A DNA stretch of 63,821 bases, filler included, from Chiloscyllium plagiosum (lineage: Eukaryota): NCBI RefSeq assembly GCF_004010195.1. It is 3 parts of one record of this genome, joined end to end, with 100 filler letters (N's around TTAATTAATTAA, not from the genome) between each part and the next. Parts side by side here need not be neighbours in the genome. Positions count along the whole stretch, not along the records: positions 27,212 to 55,710 come from NC_057710.1; 2 more parts are not named here. One strand, 5' to 3'. Below, piece after piece: positions 37,400 to 49,900 of this stretch; the stretch's first letter is position 1; each line of letters opens with the position of its first letter. A program made the position numbers and the translations under genes. Under the pieces are notes generated by a model, which worked only from the letters and a program-made list of their open reading frames with translations, was not told the origin of the DNA and did not search any database.

Positions 37400-38890
37400 T
37401 GCAGGACATGTGTGTTGTTGGCTGGCCAGCTTTAATAACCCTTCCTATTTGCCCTTGAGAGGGTGATGGTGAGCTGCCTTCTTGAACCGCTACATCCATT
37501 TGCAGTAAGTAGACCCACAGCACGGTTAGGGAGGGAATTCTAGGATTTTGACTCTTTTACAGTGAAGGAACAGTGATAGATTTCCAAGTCAGGGTGTTGA
37601 GTGGCTTGGAAGGGGAATTTGCAAGTAGTAGTGTTCACATTGTATCTTCTGCCCTTGCCTTTTAGGATGGAAGTTGTCATATGTTTGAAAGGTGCTGCCT
37701 AAGGATCATTGGTAATATTCTGTGGTGCATCATGCAGATAATACACATATTGAGCGCAGGTGTTGAAATGACTGTGAATGTGAGGTTAATCAAGTGGGCT
37801 GCTTTGTGCTAGATGGTGTCAAGCTTCTTGACTGTTGATGGAGCTGCCTTCATCCAGGCAAGTGGGGAGTATTCCATTGCACTCCTGATTTCTTTCTTGT
37901 AGATGGTGGACAGGCTTCAGTGAGTTGGAAAGTAAGTTATTTGATGCAGTATTCCTAGCTTTTGCCTTGCTCTTGTAGCAACTAGTTAGCCCAGTTGAGT
38001 TTCTGGTCAATGGTAAGCTCAAGGATGGCGATAGTGGGGGATTCAGTGATCATAATGGCACTGAATGTAAAGGGAAATGCTTAGATTGTCTTTCTTGGAG
38101 TTGGTCATTGCCTGGCATTTGTGTGATGCCAATCTTACTTGCCACTTTTCAGCCTAAGCCTGGATACTGTCTAGATCTTGTTGCATTTAAATATGAACTA
38201 CTTCAATATCTGAGTTGCAAATAGTGCTGAACATTGCACAATCATCAGCAAACATATCCATTTCTGATCCTTATTATGGAGGGAAGGTCCAATAAAGCAG
38301 CAGCTGAAGATGGTTGGGCCAAGGACACTTCCCTGATGCTTCCTTAAAGAGATGTCCTAGAGCTGGGATGACTAACCTCCAACCATCTTGTTGTGTACCA
38401 GGTATGACTGCAAGCAGCGGAGACTTTTATACTGATTACAACTGATTCCAGTTTTTTGAGTGCTCACAATCTGTCCAATGAAGCCTGATGTCAAAGGCAG
38501 TTACTCTCACCTCACCTCTGGAATTCAGCTGGTTTGTCCATGTTTGAATTAAGGCTGTAAAGAGGTCAGGACCAGATTGGCCCTTGTGGAGTACAACATG
38601 AACCTAGTATAAATACCTCCATATTTCTTCCTTTTTTTAGCTTTGACAAAGGGTCAGTTAGACTCGAAACGTCAGCTCTTTTCTCTCCTTACAGATGCTG
38701 CCAGACTGCTGAGATTTTCCAGCATTTTCTCTTTTGGGTTCAGATTCCAGCATCCGCAGTAATTTGCTTTTATGAAAAGGTTATTGCTGAGCAAATGTTG
38801 CTTGATAGCACTGTTGCTGACACCTTTCCTCACTTTTTGATGATCGAGAGGAGATTGATAAACTAATTGGCCAGATTGGATTTGTTGTGC
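37400..38890 (-). mobile_element. CR1/L2-group LINE 3' part, with PLE-derived insert at about 38605-38772
   Basis: Homologous to 15190-16570; tail similar to the 3' end of the second SINE family. Confidence 0.65.
38640..38676 (+). ncRNA. Hammerhead ribozyme motif, U3-A8 core variant (family C)
   Basis: GCT-TTGACAA-A-GGGTC-AGTTA-GACTC-GAAA-CGTC-AGC; second copy at 52828-52864 (-). Confidence 0.75.
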
Positions 38891-39056
38891 TTTGGATAGA
38901 TCTTCAATTCAGCTCTTCAGTTCTTCCTGTCCAAATGCATAACCTTACATTTTCTCACATTATATTCTATCTGCCAAGTTTTTGCCGACTCGCTTAACCT
39001 GTTTATAGTTATCTGTAGATTCTTTGAGTCATCCTCACTGTTTGCATTCCCACTTG

Positions 39057-39248
39057 CAGGTGGTACCCAATTTATGAACATCCCGATTACAATCATTAGT
39101 ACTTATAAATGGGATCCCAAACAGGGGTGTAATTTTACACTTGTCACATATGGCCATTTCTTGTACCTACGTTAAATTATCGTGAATTGTGTGTTGACTT
39201 GCAAATGAACTCAGGAACAAAACCTGTTCACAACCCAGGAATTGCCTG
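39057..39248. mobile_element. Tigger/pogo-like MITE remnant
   Basis: CAGGTGGTACCCAATTTATGAAC...GTTCACAACCCAGGAATTGCCTG-TA: degenerate terminal inverted repeats with TA on the right. Confidence 0.5.
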
Positions 39249-39399
39249 TATTCTTGTGTCAGCTGCAAATTTGACAATATTTTATTCACTTCCATCACCA
39301 AAGTCACTAATGCATATTGTTAATAATTGTGGCTCCAGAATTGATTATTGTGGCACTCCACTAGTTGCAGATTGCCATCCTGAAAATGCCCATTTTGTC

Positions 39400-42300
39400 C
39401 CAATCTGACTTCCAAGATGCTGTGTTTCAGGAGCAGTAACACCCCTTTGACTAACTACCTGGAACTCAGCTAGTAGTCAGAGTAAGGGGGGTGTGACCAT
39501 GAGCAAGACAAGTAGAGGGATCCAGGCTGAAGGAGCCTCAACCCTTCTACTTGTCTAACGGGTTGGAGATTTTTGCTCCCTGGGTGGCTGAAAGCAGGGG
39601 CTATACAGAGGATAAGCAAACTGACCATAACACCATGGTACAGGGTGCCATTAAGGAGGGGGTAGAAAAGGGAAATGTAGTTGTAATGCCCGGATGGGAT
39701 ATCCGGTGAATAGACTGTAGCCTAATCAAGAGTCCGAAAGGCTGTGTTGCCTGTCTAGTGCCCAGGTCAGGATATCTCATCTGGGCCGTAGAGGAACTTG
39801 TAAGGGGAAGGGAAAGATCCAATTGTCAAGGTCCATGTATGTACCAATGATATAGGTTTAAAGAGGAGAGAAGTTCTACTGAGGGATTATGAGCAGCAAG
39901 GGACTAAATTAAAGCAGAACCAAAAAGGTAATAAGCTTTGGATTACTACCTGAACCATGAGCAAAATATGAAGGGGAGTGATGGACTCGTGGTATTATCA
40001 CTGGACTTTTAATCCAGAGACCCCAGGTAATGCTCTGGGAACCTGAGTTTGAATCCTGCTACAGCAGATGGTAGAATTTGAATTCAATAAAAATCTGGAA
40101 TCAAGGATATAACGATGAATCCATTATCAATTGTAGGAAAAACCCATCTGATTCACTAATATCTTTTAAGGAAGGAAACTGCCTTCCTTACCTGGTCTGG
40201 TGTACATGTGGCTCCAGACCCACTGCAATGTGATTGACTTTTAACTGCCCTCTGGGCAATTAGGGATGGGCAATAAAGACTGGCCTAGCTAGAGATGCTC
40301 TCATCCCATGCATGAATTTTTTAAAAAATTGGTGCAAGGTGAACAAGATCAAAGAGGTAAACACATGGCTCAAAGATTGATGTGGAAGACACAAGTTTGA
40401 ATTCATGGGAGTCGAAAGTGTGGTGCTGAAAAAGCACAGCAGGTCAAGTAGCATCCAAGAAGCAGGAGAATCGACATTTCGGACAAGAGCCCTTCATCAG
40501 GAATGAGGCTTGTGCCCAGCACTGGGGAAGGATGGAGCTGTTCCAATGGGACAGGTTCCACTTGATTCATGCTGGGACCAGAGTTCTGGTGAATCACCTA
40601 ACTAGGGCTGTGGATAGGGCTTTAAACAAAATGTGGTGGGGGGGGGGTAGAGTTCAGTTGAATGGAAAATTATGGAAAACATTAAAGGCGGGGAGGGTTC
40701 AGCAGAGGTTATTAAAGGTTCCAGGACAAGTAGTAGAACAGAGAGTATGGAAAGGACCAAGGACCAAGAATCTAACTTCAGGCACAGCAGTTAAGAGGAC
40801 AACTATGAGAAGGGGGACTGTCAATGGAGGACTGAGGGTATTGTACTTAGATAAGTGAAACAGGGTAGCGTAGATTGAAATTTTCTAAGCAGGGAAAGAC
40901 TTAGGAAATCTGAAGCACAATGGGACTTGGCAGTCCTAGTTCAGGATGCTCTTAAGGTTAACATGCAGATTCAATTGGCAGTTAAGAAGTCGCAGGTTAG
41001 CATTCATTTCATGAGGGCTAGAATACTAAAGTAATGGTGTATAAGACACTGGTCAGACTGAATTTGGAATATTGTGAGCTATTTTGGGCCCCATATTCAA
41101 GGAAGGATGTCCTGGCATTGGAGGGGGTCCAGAAGAGGTTTACAAGAATGATACCATAGATGAAGGGCTTATCATATGAGGACTGGTTGAGGACTTTGGG
41201 TCTTACTGGATGGAGTTTAGAAGGATGAGGGGAGATCTCATTGCAATTTAAAGAATACTGAGAGGCCTGGATAGAGTGGATGTGGAGAGACTGGGATCCA
41301 AGGCTACAGCCTCAGAGTGAGATGAGAAGAAATTACTTCAACCAGAGAGTGGTGAGTCTTGGAACTCTGGAGGTCAAGTCATTGAGTGTATTTATTGCAG
41401 AAATAGGTGGGTTTTTGATTAGTAAGGGGATCAAGGGTTATGGGGAGAAGGCAGAAAACAAGGTTGAGAAATATATCAGCCATGTCAAATGATGAAACAG
41501 ACTTGATGGGCTGAATAGCCTAATTCCACCCAGATATTTTGTGGTCTATGATCTTATAATAAATATTTTCCCAATACCAGATTTTAAGCTAATTGGCATA
41601 TTGTTGCCTGTTGTTTATCTCCCTCCCTTCATAAATAAATTGGCAGTTTACCAATCCTCTGGGACATTTCCCAACTCTAAGGGGTCTCAGATTTCTGCTA
41701 GTGCACCCATTATCCCTGTAGCTATTTCTATTAAAATCCTAGGATGCATCCCCTCAGGAGAAGGGAACCTATTAGCCTTGAGACCATTCGCTTTCCTAGT
41801 ACTTTTTCCTGTTCGATAGTTATTGTGTTTATTTTCTCCTCATTGGGCCCTTTGATTATTTAGTATTTTTAGAATGATATTAATTCCCTTTACAGTGAAG
41901 ACAGTTGTGAAGTATTTGTTCAATGCCCCTGCTATTTCTTGGTTCCCATTATTATTTCCCTAGCCTTGTTCTCTGTGGGCCTATGTTCATTTTGGACTCT
42001 CTTTTCATTCTTATATATTTTATGAAGCTCTTATTGTCTGTTTCTATTACTGACATACCTGACCTCATAGATAATTTCTTCCTTTTGTTTTGATCACCTT
42101 TTGTTGACTTTTGAAACTATCCTATGCTCTAATCTTTGCCCTTATGTTTTTTCTTTAAATTCAATACTATCCTTTTATTATTAAACCTGTCTCTTTTCAC
42201 ATTACCAGATAGAAAATAGCCTGATTGGATCCACCATGTATTTTTCCAGCAGACTGTCCCAAATACACTGTGAATTCTTCCTCTCAATCACCCTGAATGG

Positions 42301-42850
42301 TTTGATTCTCCTAATCTACATGAAGACTAAAGTCATCCATGATTAGTGTACTATCTTTATTTACATACCCTTGTTATCTCATGATGTATTCTCTGCCATA
42401 CAGAATTACAACTTTTTGGGGGTGGGGTTGGTTTGCAAACTACTACCCTCAGTGTCTTCTTTTGCTTGTTATTTATTACCATATGGATTCTACATCATCC
42501 GATCCAGGATAATTTCTTTCAATCATATTTATTCTAACTTGTGCTAACAAAGTTAGAAATCACCAATATGTCCTGACATAGCTCCCACTCCACCATTACT
42601 ATCAAACCAAGGGATCAACCCTGGGTTCAGTGAGGAGTGCAGGAGAGCATGCCAGCAGCAGCACCTGGCATACCGAACAGTGAGGTGTTAACCTGGTGAA
42701 GCTACCAAGCAGGGCTACTTGCATTCCAAACAGCATCCTTACCAACCTTCCCTTCCTTCCTTTCAAAAAGTAATATATCCCTAAATACTTAGTTCCCAAT
42801 GTTGCTTTCCATGCAACCATGCCTTCTCAATACCTATTAGATTGTACCCA
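39400..42850. mobile_element. Cluster of degenerate CR1 fragments (ORF1 +, 3' end +, ORF2 -) with SINE 39975-40325 and family A fragment 40410-40515
   Basis: WDRFHL, LRVLYL, RRNYFNQRVV; minus-strand hammerhead-like motif at 40469-40504. Confidence 0.7.
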
Positions 42851-42977
42851 CACTTATTTGAACCATTCATTCATTTATTTTGTTCTGAATGCGACATTGG
42901 CAGTATCATGGACAACCCAACTAAAGATAAAGGACATGATGATATTCCCAGCTAAATGCAATGAACAAGAACTAATA

Positions 42978-44430
42978 GGACGTTTCAAGCATAAGCACTT
43001 CATCAGGGATGAGGGGATGGTCCAAGGGGGTCTCAGAGATAAATGGGAGGCGGGGTGGGGCTGGAGGGAAGGTAGCTGGGAATGCGATAGGCAGATGAAG
43101 GTAGGGTAAAGGTGATAGGTCGAAGAGGATGGCGAAGAAGATAGGCGGGAAGCAAGAATGACAGGTAGGACAGTTCAAGAGGGTAGTGCCGAGTTGGAAG
43201 GTTGGATTTGGGATAAGGTGGTGTAAAGGGAAATGAGGAAACTGGTGAAATCCACCTTGATCCCGTGTGGTTGGATGGTCTCAAGGTGGAAAATGAGGCA
43301 TTCTTCCTCCAGGCATTGGGTGGCTAGAGTTTGGCGGTGGAGCAGGCCCATGTCCTCCGCAGAGTGGGAGGGGGAGTTGAAGTGTTCGGCCACAGGGCAG
43401 TGGGGTTGCTCAGTGCATGTCCCAGAGATGTTCTCTGAAATGTTCAGCAAGTTGGCGACCTGTCTCCAACAATGTAGAGGAAACCACAACGAGAGTAACG
43501 GACACAGTAGATGACATGAGTGGAAGTACAGGTAAATTTCTGTCAGATGTGGAAGGATCCTTTGGGTCTTGGTCAAAGGTGAGGGGGAAGTGTGGACACA
43601 GGTTTTGCACTTCTTGTGGTGGAAAAGGAAGGTGCTGGGAGTGGATGGTGGGTTGGTGGGGGGCATGGATGTAACGAGGGAGTCGTGGAGGGAATGGTCT
43701 CTCTAGCACGCAGATAGGGGTGGGGAGGGAAATATATCCCTGGTGGTGGGGTCTGTTTGTAGGTGGTGTAAATGGAGGAGGATGATGCAATGTATTGGAG
43801 GTTGGTGGGGTAGAAGGTGAGGACCGGAGGGTTCTGTCCTTGTTGCGATTGGTGGGGTGGGATTCAAGGGTGGATGTGCAGGAAGTGGAGGAGATATGCT
43901 GGAGGGCATTGTTGACCGTGCGAGAGGGGAAATTGTGGTCTTTGAAGAAGGAGGCCATCTGGGATGTTCTATGGTGGAATTGGTCCTCCTGGATGCAGAT
44001 GGGGCAGAGGCAGAGGATTTAGGAATAAGAGATAACGTTTTTACAGGAGGCAGGATGGGAGGAGATGTAGTCCATGTAGCTGTGTGAGTCGGGTTTATAG
44101 TAGATAACCGTGTTGAGTCAGTCAACAGAAATCAAGATGGAGAAATCCAAAAAGGGGAGGGAGGTGTCCGGGATTGTCCAGGTGAACTTGAGGTAGAGGT
44201 AGAAGATGTTCGTGAAGTTGAGGAACTATTCAACCTACTTGTGGGAGCACAAGGTGGCACCGATACAGTCATCGATGTGGCAGAGTAAAAGGTGGGGAAT
44301 GGTGCCGGTGTAGCTGCGGAAGATGGACTGTTCCATGTATGCAATAAAGAAGCAGACATAGCTGGGGCCCATGCAGGTGCCTGTGGCTACCCCTGGAGGA
44401 GGTGGGAGGATTCAAAGGAAAAATTGATGG
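42978..44430 (-). mobile_element. PLE: RT C-terminus, GIY-YIG endonuclease and terminal repeat
   Basis: ETGRQLAEHFREH, PVAEHFNSPSHS, EEECLIFHLETIQPHGIKVDF; degenerate hammerhead at 42978-43010. Confidence 0.85.
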
Positions 44431-44439
44431 AGGATGGGA

Positions 44440-46917
44440 AAAATTCCTGGCTGGAACAGCTGCTCCTTTCTTTGAGGTATTTTAGGTGCTGGAGGGGATT
44501 TCCTCAAATTCCAGGAGCAGCAATTACAGTTTTATATGCTGTTGCATTGTTTTGGAACTTTGGAGAATAAAAAGGTCAAAACAACAGCACTTTTAAAAGG
44601 GAGAGGAACAGATAAAGGAAGCACATCGTGAGGTCAGCGCAGGAGAGAGAGAGAGAGAGAAAGAAACCCACATTGCTAACTAACACAGCAGTGAACCTGC
44701 ACAGTTACTGCCTTTGCTGTTTGAATTTATGTATCGCTGGACATCGGAGTGCATCTGGGAAAATTAACAAACAGTGAAATTCACAACTAATAGATTAGAT
44801 TAGATTACATACAGTGTGGAAACAGGCCCTTCGGTCCAACAAGTCCACACCGACCCGCCGAAGCGTATACCACCCAGACATACACCTATATTTACCCCTT
44901 CACCTAACACTATGGGTAATTTAGCATGGCCAATTCACCTAACCTGCACATTTTTGGATTGTGGGAGGAAACCGGAGCACCCGGAGGAAACCCACGCAGA
45001 CACGGGGAGAATATGCAAACTCCACACAGAGAGTCGCCTGAGGCGGGAATTGAACCCGGGTCTCAGGCGCTGTGAGGCAGCAGTGCTAACCACTGTGCTA
45101 CCGTGCCACCCTTGGAGGAACCTGTTTGGGAGAAGTCATAGCACAGAAACAGATAAGTAAATAAGTGAATATTTGAAGTGTGGCCTTACAGTAAGTCTGC
45201 AGTAGTGAATAGGGTGGGTTCTTTCTTGATTATATGTTTTATTGAGATATGTCTCTTGATTAAACTTAAAAGATAAACCATAAGTATTAATTTAACCTGG
45301 AGCAATGTTTTGTAGAGGATTAAGACAGTGCTATTTTCTGGGTTTGTAGATTGAAAGAAGCAAAATGGCCTTCAGTAGAGTGATATGCTCTTCTTGAGGA
45401 TGTGGGGGTTTAGGGAGAGTTTACGGGTTACTGAGGATTATATCTGCAATAAATGCCATTGGTTGCGAATCCTATCAGATCGAATGGATCAGTTGGAGAG
45501 ACAGTGAGAGGCAATGAGGAATTTACAAGAACAAGTGGATGTGATGGATGGCAGTTATAGGAAGGGGGAAAAGTCACAGATACAGACATATACATGGGTT
45601 AACTCCAGGAAAGGTAAGAGAGGTAGGCAGTTTGAGCAGGAGTCTTCTGTGGCTATCCCCATTTCAAACAGGTATGCTGTTTTGGAAAATGTAGGGGGTG
45701 ATGGATTCTCAGGGGAACGTAGCACGAACAGCCAAGTTTTTGGTATTGAGACTGGCTCTAATGCAATGAGGGGTACGTTGGGTTCCAAGAGATTGATTGT
45801 GTTAGGGGACTATGTAGTTCAAGGCACAGACGGACGTTTCTGTGGCCAGCAGGAAAAAATCAGAATGGTGTATTGCTCTCCTGGTGCCAGGATCAAGGAT
45901 GTCTCAGAGAGGGTGCAGAATGTTCTGAAGAGGGAGAGGGGCCAGCAGGAAGTCATTGTACAAATTGGAACCAACGACATAGGAAGGGGAAAGGCTGAGG
46001 TTCTGAAGGGAGATTACAGAGAGTGAGGCAGGAATTTAAAAAGGAGGTCCTCAAGAGGAGTAATATCTGGATTATTCCCGATGCTCCAAGCTAGTGAGGG
46101 CAGGATTAGGAGGATACAGAAGATGAATGCATGGCTGGGGAGCTGGTGTATGGGAGAAGGATTCACATATTGGAATCTCTTTTGGGGTGACCTGTACAAG
46201 AAGGATGGATTGCACCTGAATTGGAAGGGGACTAATATACTGGCAGAGAGATTTGCTAGAACTGCTCGGGAGGATTTAAACTAGTAAAGTGGGGAGGGTT
46301 GGGAACCAGGGAGATAGTGAAGAAAGAGGTCAATCTGAGACTGGTACAATTGAGAACAGGAGCAAGTCAAACAGTCAGGGCAGGCAGGGATAAAGCAGAG
46401 AACAAGGTAGGACAGATAAATTAAACTGAATTTATTTCAATGCAAGGGGCCTAACAGGGAAGACAGATGAACTTAGGGCATGGTTAGGAACATGGCACTG
46501 GGATATCATAGCCATTACAGAAATGCGGCTCAGGGATGGACAGGACTGTCAGCTTAATGTTCCAGGATACAAATGCTACAAGAATGATAGAAAGGGAGGC
46601 CAGAGAGGAAGGGGAGTGGCTTTTTGATAAGGGATAGCATTATAGCTGTACTGAGGGAGGATATTCCCGGAAATACATCCAGGAAGTTATTTGGGTGGAA
46701 CTGAGAAATAAGAAAGGGATGATCACATTTTTGGGATTGTATTATAGACCAACTAATAGTCAGAGGGAAATTGAGAAACAAATTTGTCAGGAGATCTCAG
46801 TTATCTGTAAGAATAATAGGGTGGTTACGGTAGGGGATTTTAACCTTCCAAACATAGACTAGACTACCATAGCATTAAGGGTTTAGATGGAGAGGAATTT
46901 GTTATGTATGTACAAGA
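44440..46917 (+). mobile_element. CR1 LINE 5' portion (5'UTR, ORF1 esterase, start of ORF2); resumes at 52696-52763
   Basis: ORF1 ATG at about 45365; IVLGDYVV, SPGARIKDV, IGTNDIG, DGLHLN; very similar to 21630-23300. Confidence 0.9.
44791..45111 (-). mobile_element. HE1-like tRNA SINE
   Basis: Minus strand GGGTGGCACGGTAGCACAGTGG...GGTTCAATTCC; (TCTAA)n tail. Confidence 0.85.
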
Positions 46918-49900
46918 GGGGTATTCAAGATGGCGGGGACCCAGTAGGTCTGTGTCTGCTGAGCTCTGCCCAGGACCCAGGCAAAGTGGGGTACCTATCC
47001 TCCCCTCACTTCCTAGTGCAACTCCCGCACTACAGGGAAAAACAAATGTTGCTGGAGGCCTCCAGAGTTTGGGTGAAGGATCCCCAAGCCATGGTATAAA
47101 AGGGACCCAATATAATGCTGTTCCAGGGCTTTCCTACGGTTGTGGTATGCAAGAGGAAGGCATTTGATAAGGTAAAGGAGTGTCCGAGGGATTTAAATAC
47201 ATAGTATTCCATGAGATACTCGGCAACGTTGCACTTCAGTCATGGAAAGAATGTGGATAACTTCAGATCGCCGGAAAAAATAAAATAATTTTTGAATGCT
47301 CTCAAATAGACTGATGGACTTGAACTATATGGACAATGACTTTATTTTACCCCCCTTTTTTTTCTCCTCCTCCCCCTTCATCTTTTCCATCCTTCCTTGG
47401 GCGGGGAGTTTGTTCTTTCTTTTAACTCTTAATTCGCTTGGTTTCTCTGGTTGTTGGGGGATGTTTCTGACTTTTTTTTCCTTAATATTTACTAGGATTG
47501 TAATTTTATATATTTCATTTTATGTTGCTGTCTTGTTAAGAGTGCCGAAGCAATAATATGGAGGGGTCGGGTTGGTTGCTCACTTCTAACTCTTGTACTA
47601 TAAGACATTGGCATTTGGTTATCTTACTTTGTAATATCTGGGCTGAGGGCATGGCTCTAGCTGGGAGATGTTATGGTGGAATTACTGGAAGGTAGGAGTG
47701 CTCCCTATGAACAAGGGGGAAAGTCTCCTTTGAATTATGTTTTTTTTAAGGAGTAGTTCTTAGTTGTTTTGATTTAGTTGTTTTAAAGGTTGTATTTTTA
47801 AATTTATGTGAATTGTTTATGGTCTCTACTCAATGTTTTTTGAGTGGGGTTCTTTCTCCTGGGGGGTCTCTGACTTTCTTGAATGATCATGGCTAGTCAT
47901 TCACTTAAATGGTGCACCTGGAATGTCAAGGGGAGCCACTCGCCAGTTAAAAGGAAAAATATATTATCAAGTCTTAAAAAAGAGAGGGTTGATGTAGCCC
48001 TTTTACAGGAGACACATCTAATTGATAAGGAGCATTTAAAGCTGCAGCAGGGAGGATTTGGTCAGGTGTTCTTTTCATCTTTCAATTTGAAAAGTAGGGG
48101 AGTGGCCATTCTTATCCGGAAGAATTTTCCCTTCCAAATGTTAAGCCAGAAAAAAGATGAGTCCAGAAGGTTTATAATACTTAAAGCCCTAATATATGGA
48201 GAGGAGTACGGGATTTAGAATGTATATGGCCCCCCCGGCACATCCTTTTAAATTTGTAACAGACACATTCTCCAAGGTGATGGCTCTTGGGGTGCGTCAC
48301 ATAATTATAGGGGGAGATTTTAATTGTGTTATCGATCCCGAGGTGGACAGGATACCTAGGAGCTCTGCGGGTATATCTCTGAGATCTAGGCAGTTGGCTC
48401 ATCTGAATAAGGAGTTGGGACTGGTAGATGTGTGGAGGTGTCTTCACCTTGAGGGTAGGGATTTTACTTTTTATTCTAACCCACACAAGTGTCATACCAG
48501 AATCGATATGGTTTTTGTCCCCTCGACCCTTTTGAATTCAATACTGTCTTGTAAAATAGGGAATATAATTATTTCCGACCACGCAGTGATGACAAGATAG
48601 GTTCCCGACATTGGCGTATGGACCCTTTCCTATTGAAGGATAGTAAGTTCATAGAATGTTTCTCGCAGGAATTTAATATTGGGGTATGAATTCAGGTACG
48701 GCCAGCAACCCATTGGTGATGTGGGAGACTGCTAAGCCATATGCACGTGGCTTGGTTATCTCATATTCTGCGACCTGAAAAAGAGAAAAGGGAGAACAAC
48801 AACGCCTGCTTGAGGCTCGCCTGAAGGCAGCTGAGACAGCATATGTTGATAGGCCGTGCATTATTAAATTACAATGGATTACAGCCCTCAGGGCTATTTT
48901 AAATACCGCACTTACTCAAACGCAAAGAGGGAGATACTGTTTGTGAAGCAGAGATTATTTGAGCCGGCGATAAGCCGGGCAGTTATGTAGCATACCTTGC
49001 CAGAAAGAAAAAGGCTCCCCAATCCATTACATCTATTAGAGAAGGTGCTGGTACCTTGACCTGTGATCCTAAAAAGATCAATGCAGCCTTTAGAAAGTTC
49101 TACTTCAAGTTGTATAAGTCGGAGGGCTGTGAGGATAGAGCAAGGAAGATGGTGTCATTTTTTAAAAATCTGGCCCTCTCGGGCTTAACCTCAGAGCAGG
49201 TGTTGCTTTTGAATGCCATCCTGACAACCCAGGAAGTCCAGGAGGCAGTAAGGCAGCTCCAGAGCAGTAAAGCGCCCGGGCCAGACAAATTTCAGGCTGA
49301 GTTCTATAAAGAATGTATAGACGAATTGGCCAGACCACTTATTCATATGTACAGCTATTCATATAGTCAGGGTAGCCTCCCGCCCTCTATGTGAGAAGCA
49401 AATATCTCTCTCATTCTTAAGAACGGAAAAGCCCCAGATGACTGTACTTTGTACAGACCTATATCCTTATTAAATGTGGACTTTAAAATTCTCTCAAAAA
49501 TGTTGACATTAAAACTAGAGAGGATTTTACCATTTATTATAAAAGAGGATCAGATGGAGCTTATTGAGGATTGCAGATCTACTAATAATATCAGAAGAGT
49601 GTTAAACATGGTACAAGTCTGCCAGCAAGGAGCATTACCGGGATTAGTCTTCTCCCTCGATGCAGAGAATGCATTCGATCGGGTAGAATGGCCATATCTT
49701 TTTTTATTCTATGGAACGATTTGGCATTGGAGAGGTCTTTACCAAGTGGGTCGCAGCAACTCACTAATGACCGGAAAGCAGCAGTGATTACCAACGGCAT
49801 AAGATCTGTTGGCAGAGGTTATCGACAAGGATGCCCTCTCTCACCACTACTATTTGCACGAGTGATTGAACCTATGGTGGAAGCTATCCGAAATGACCCT

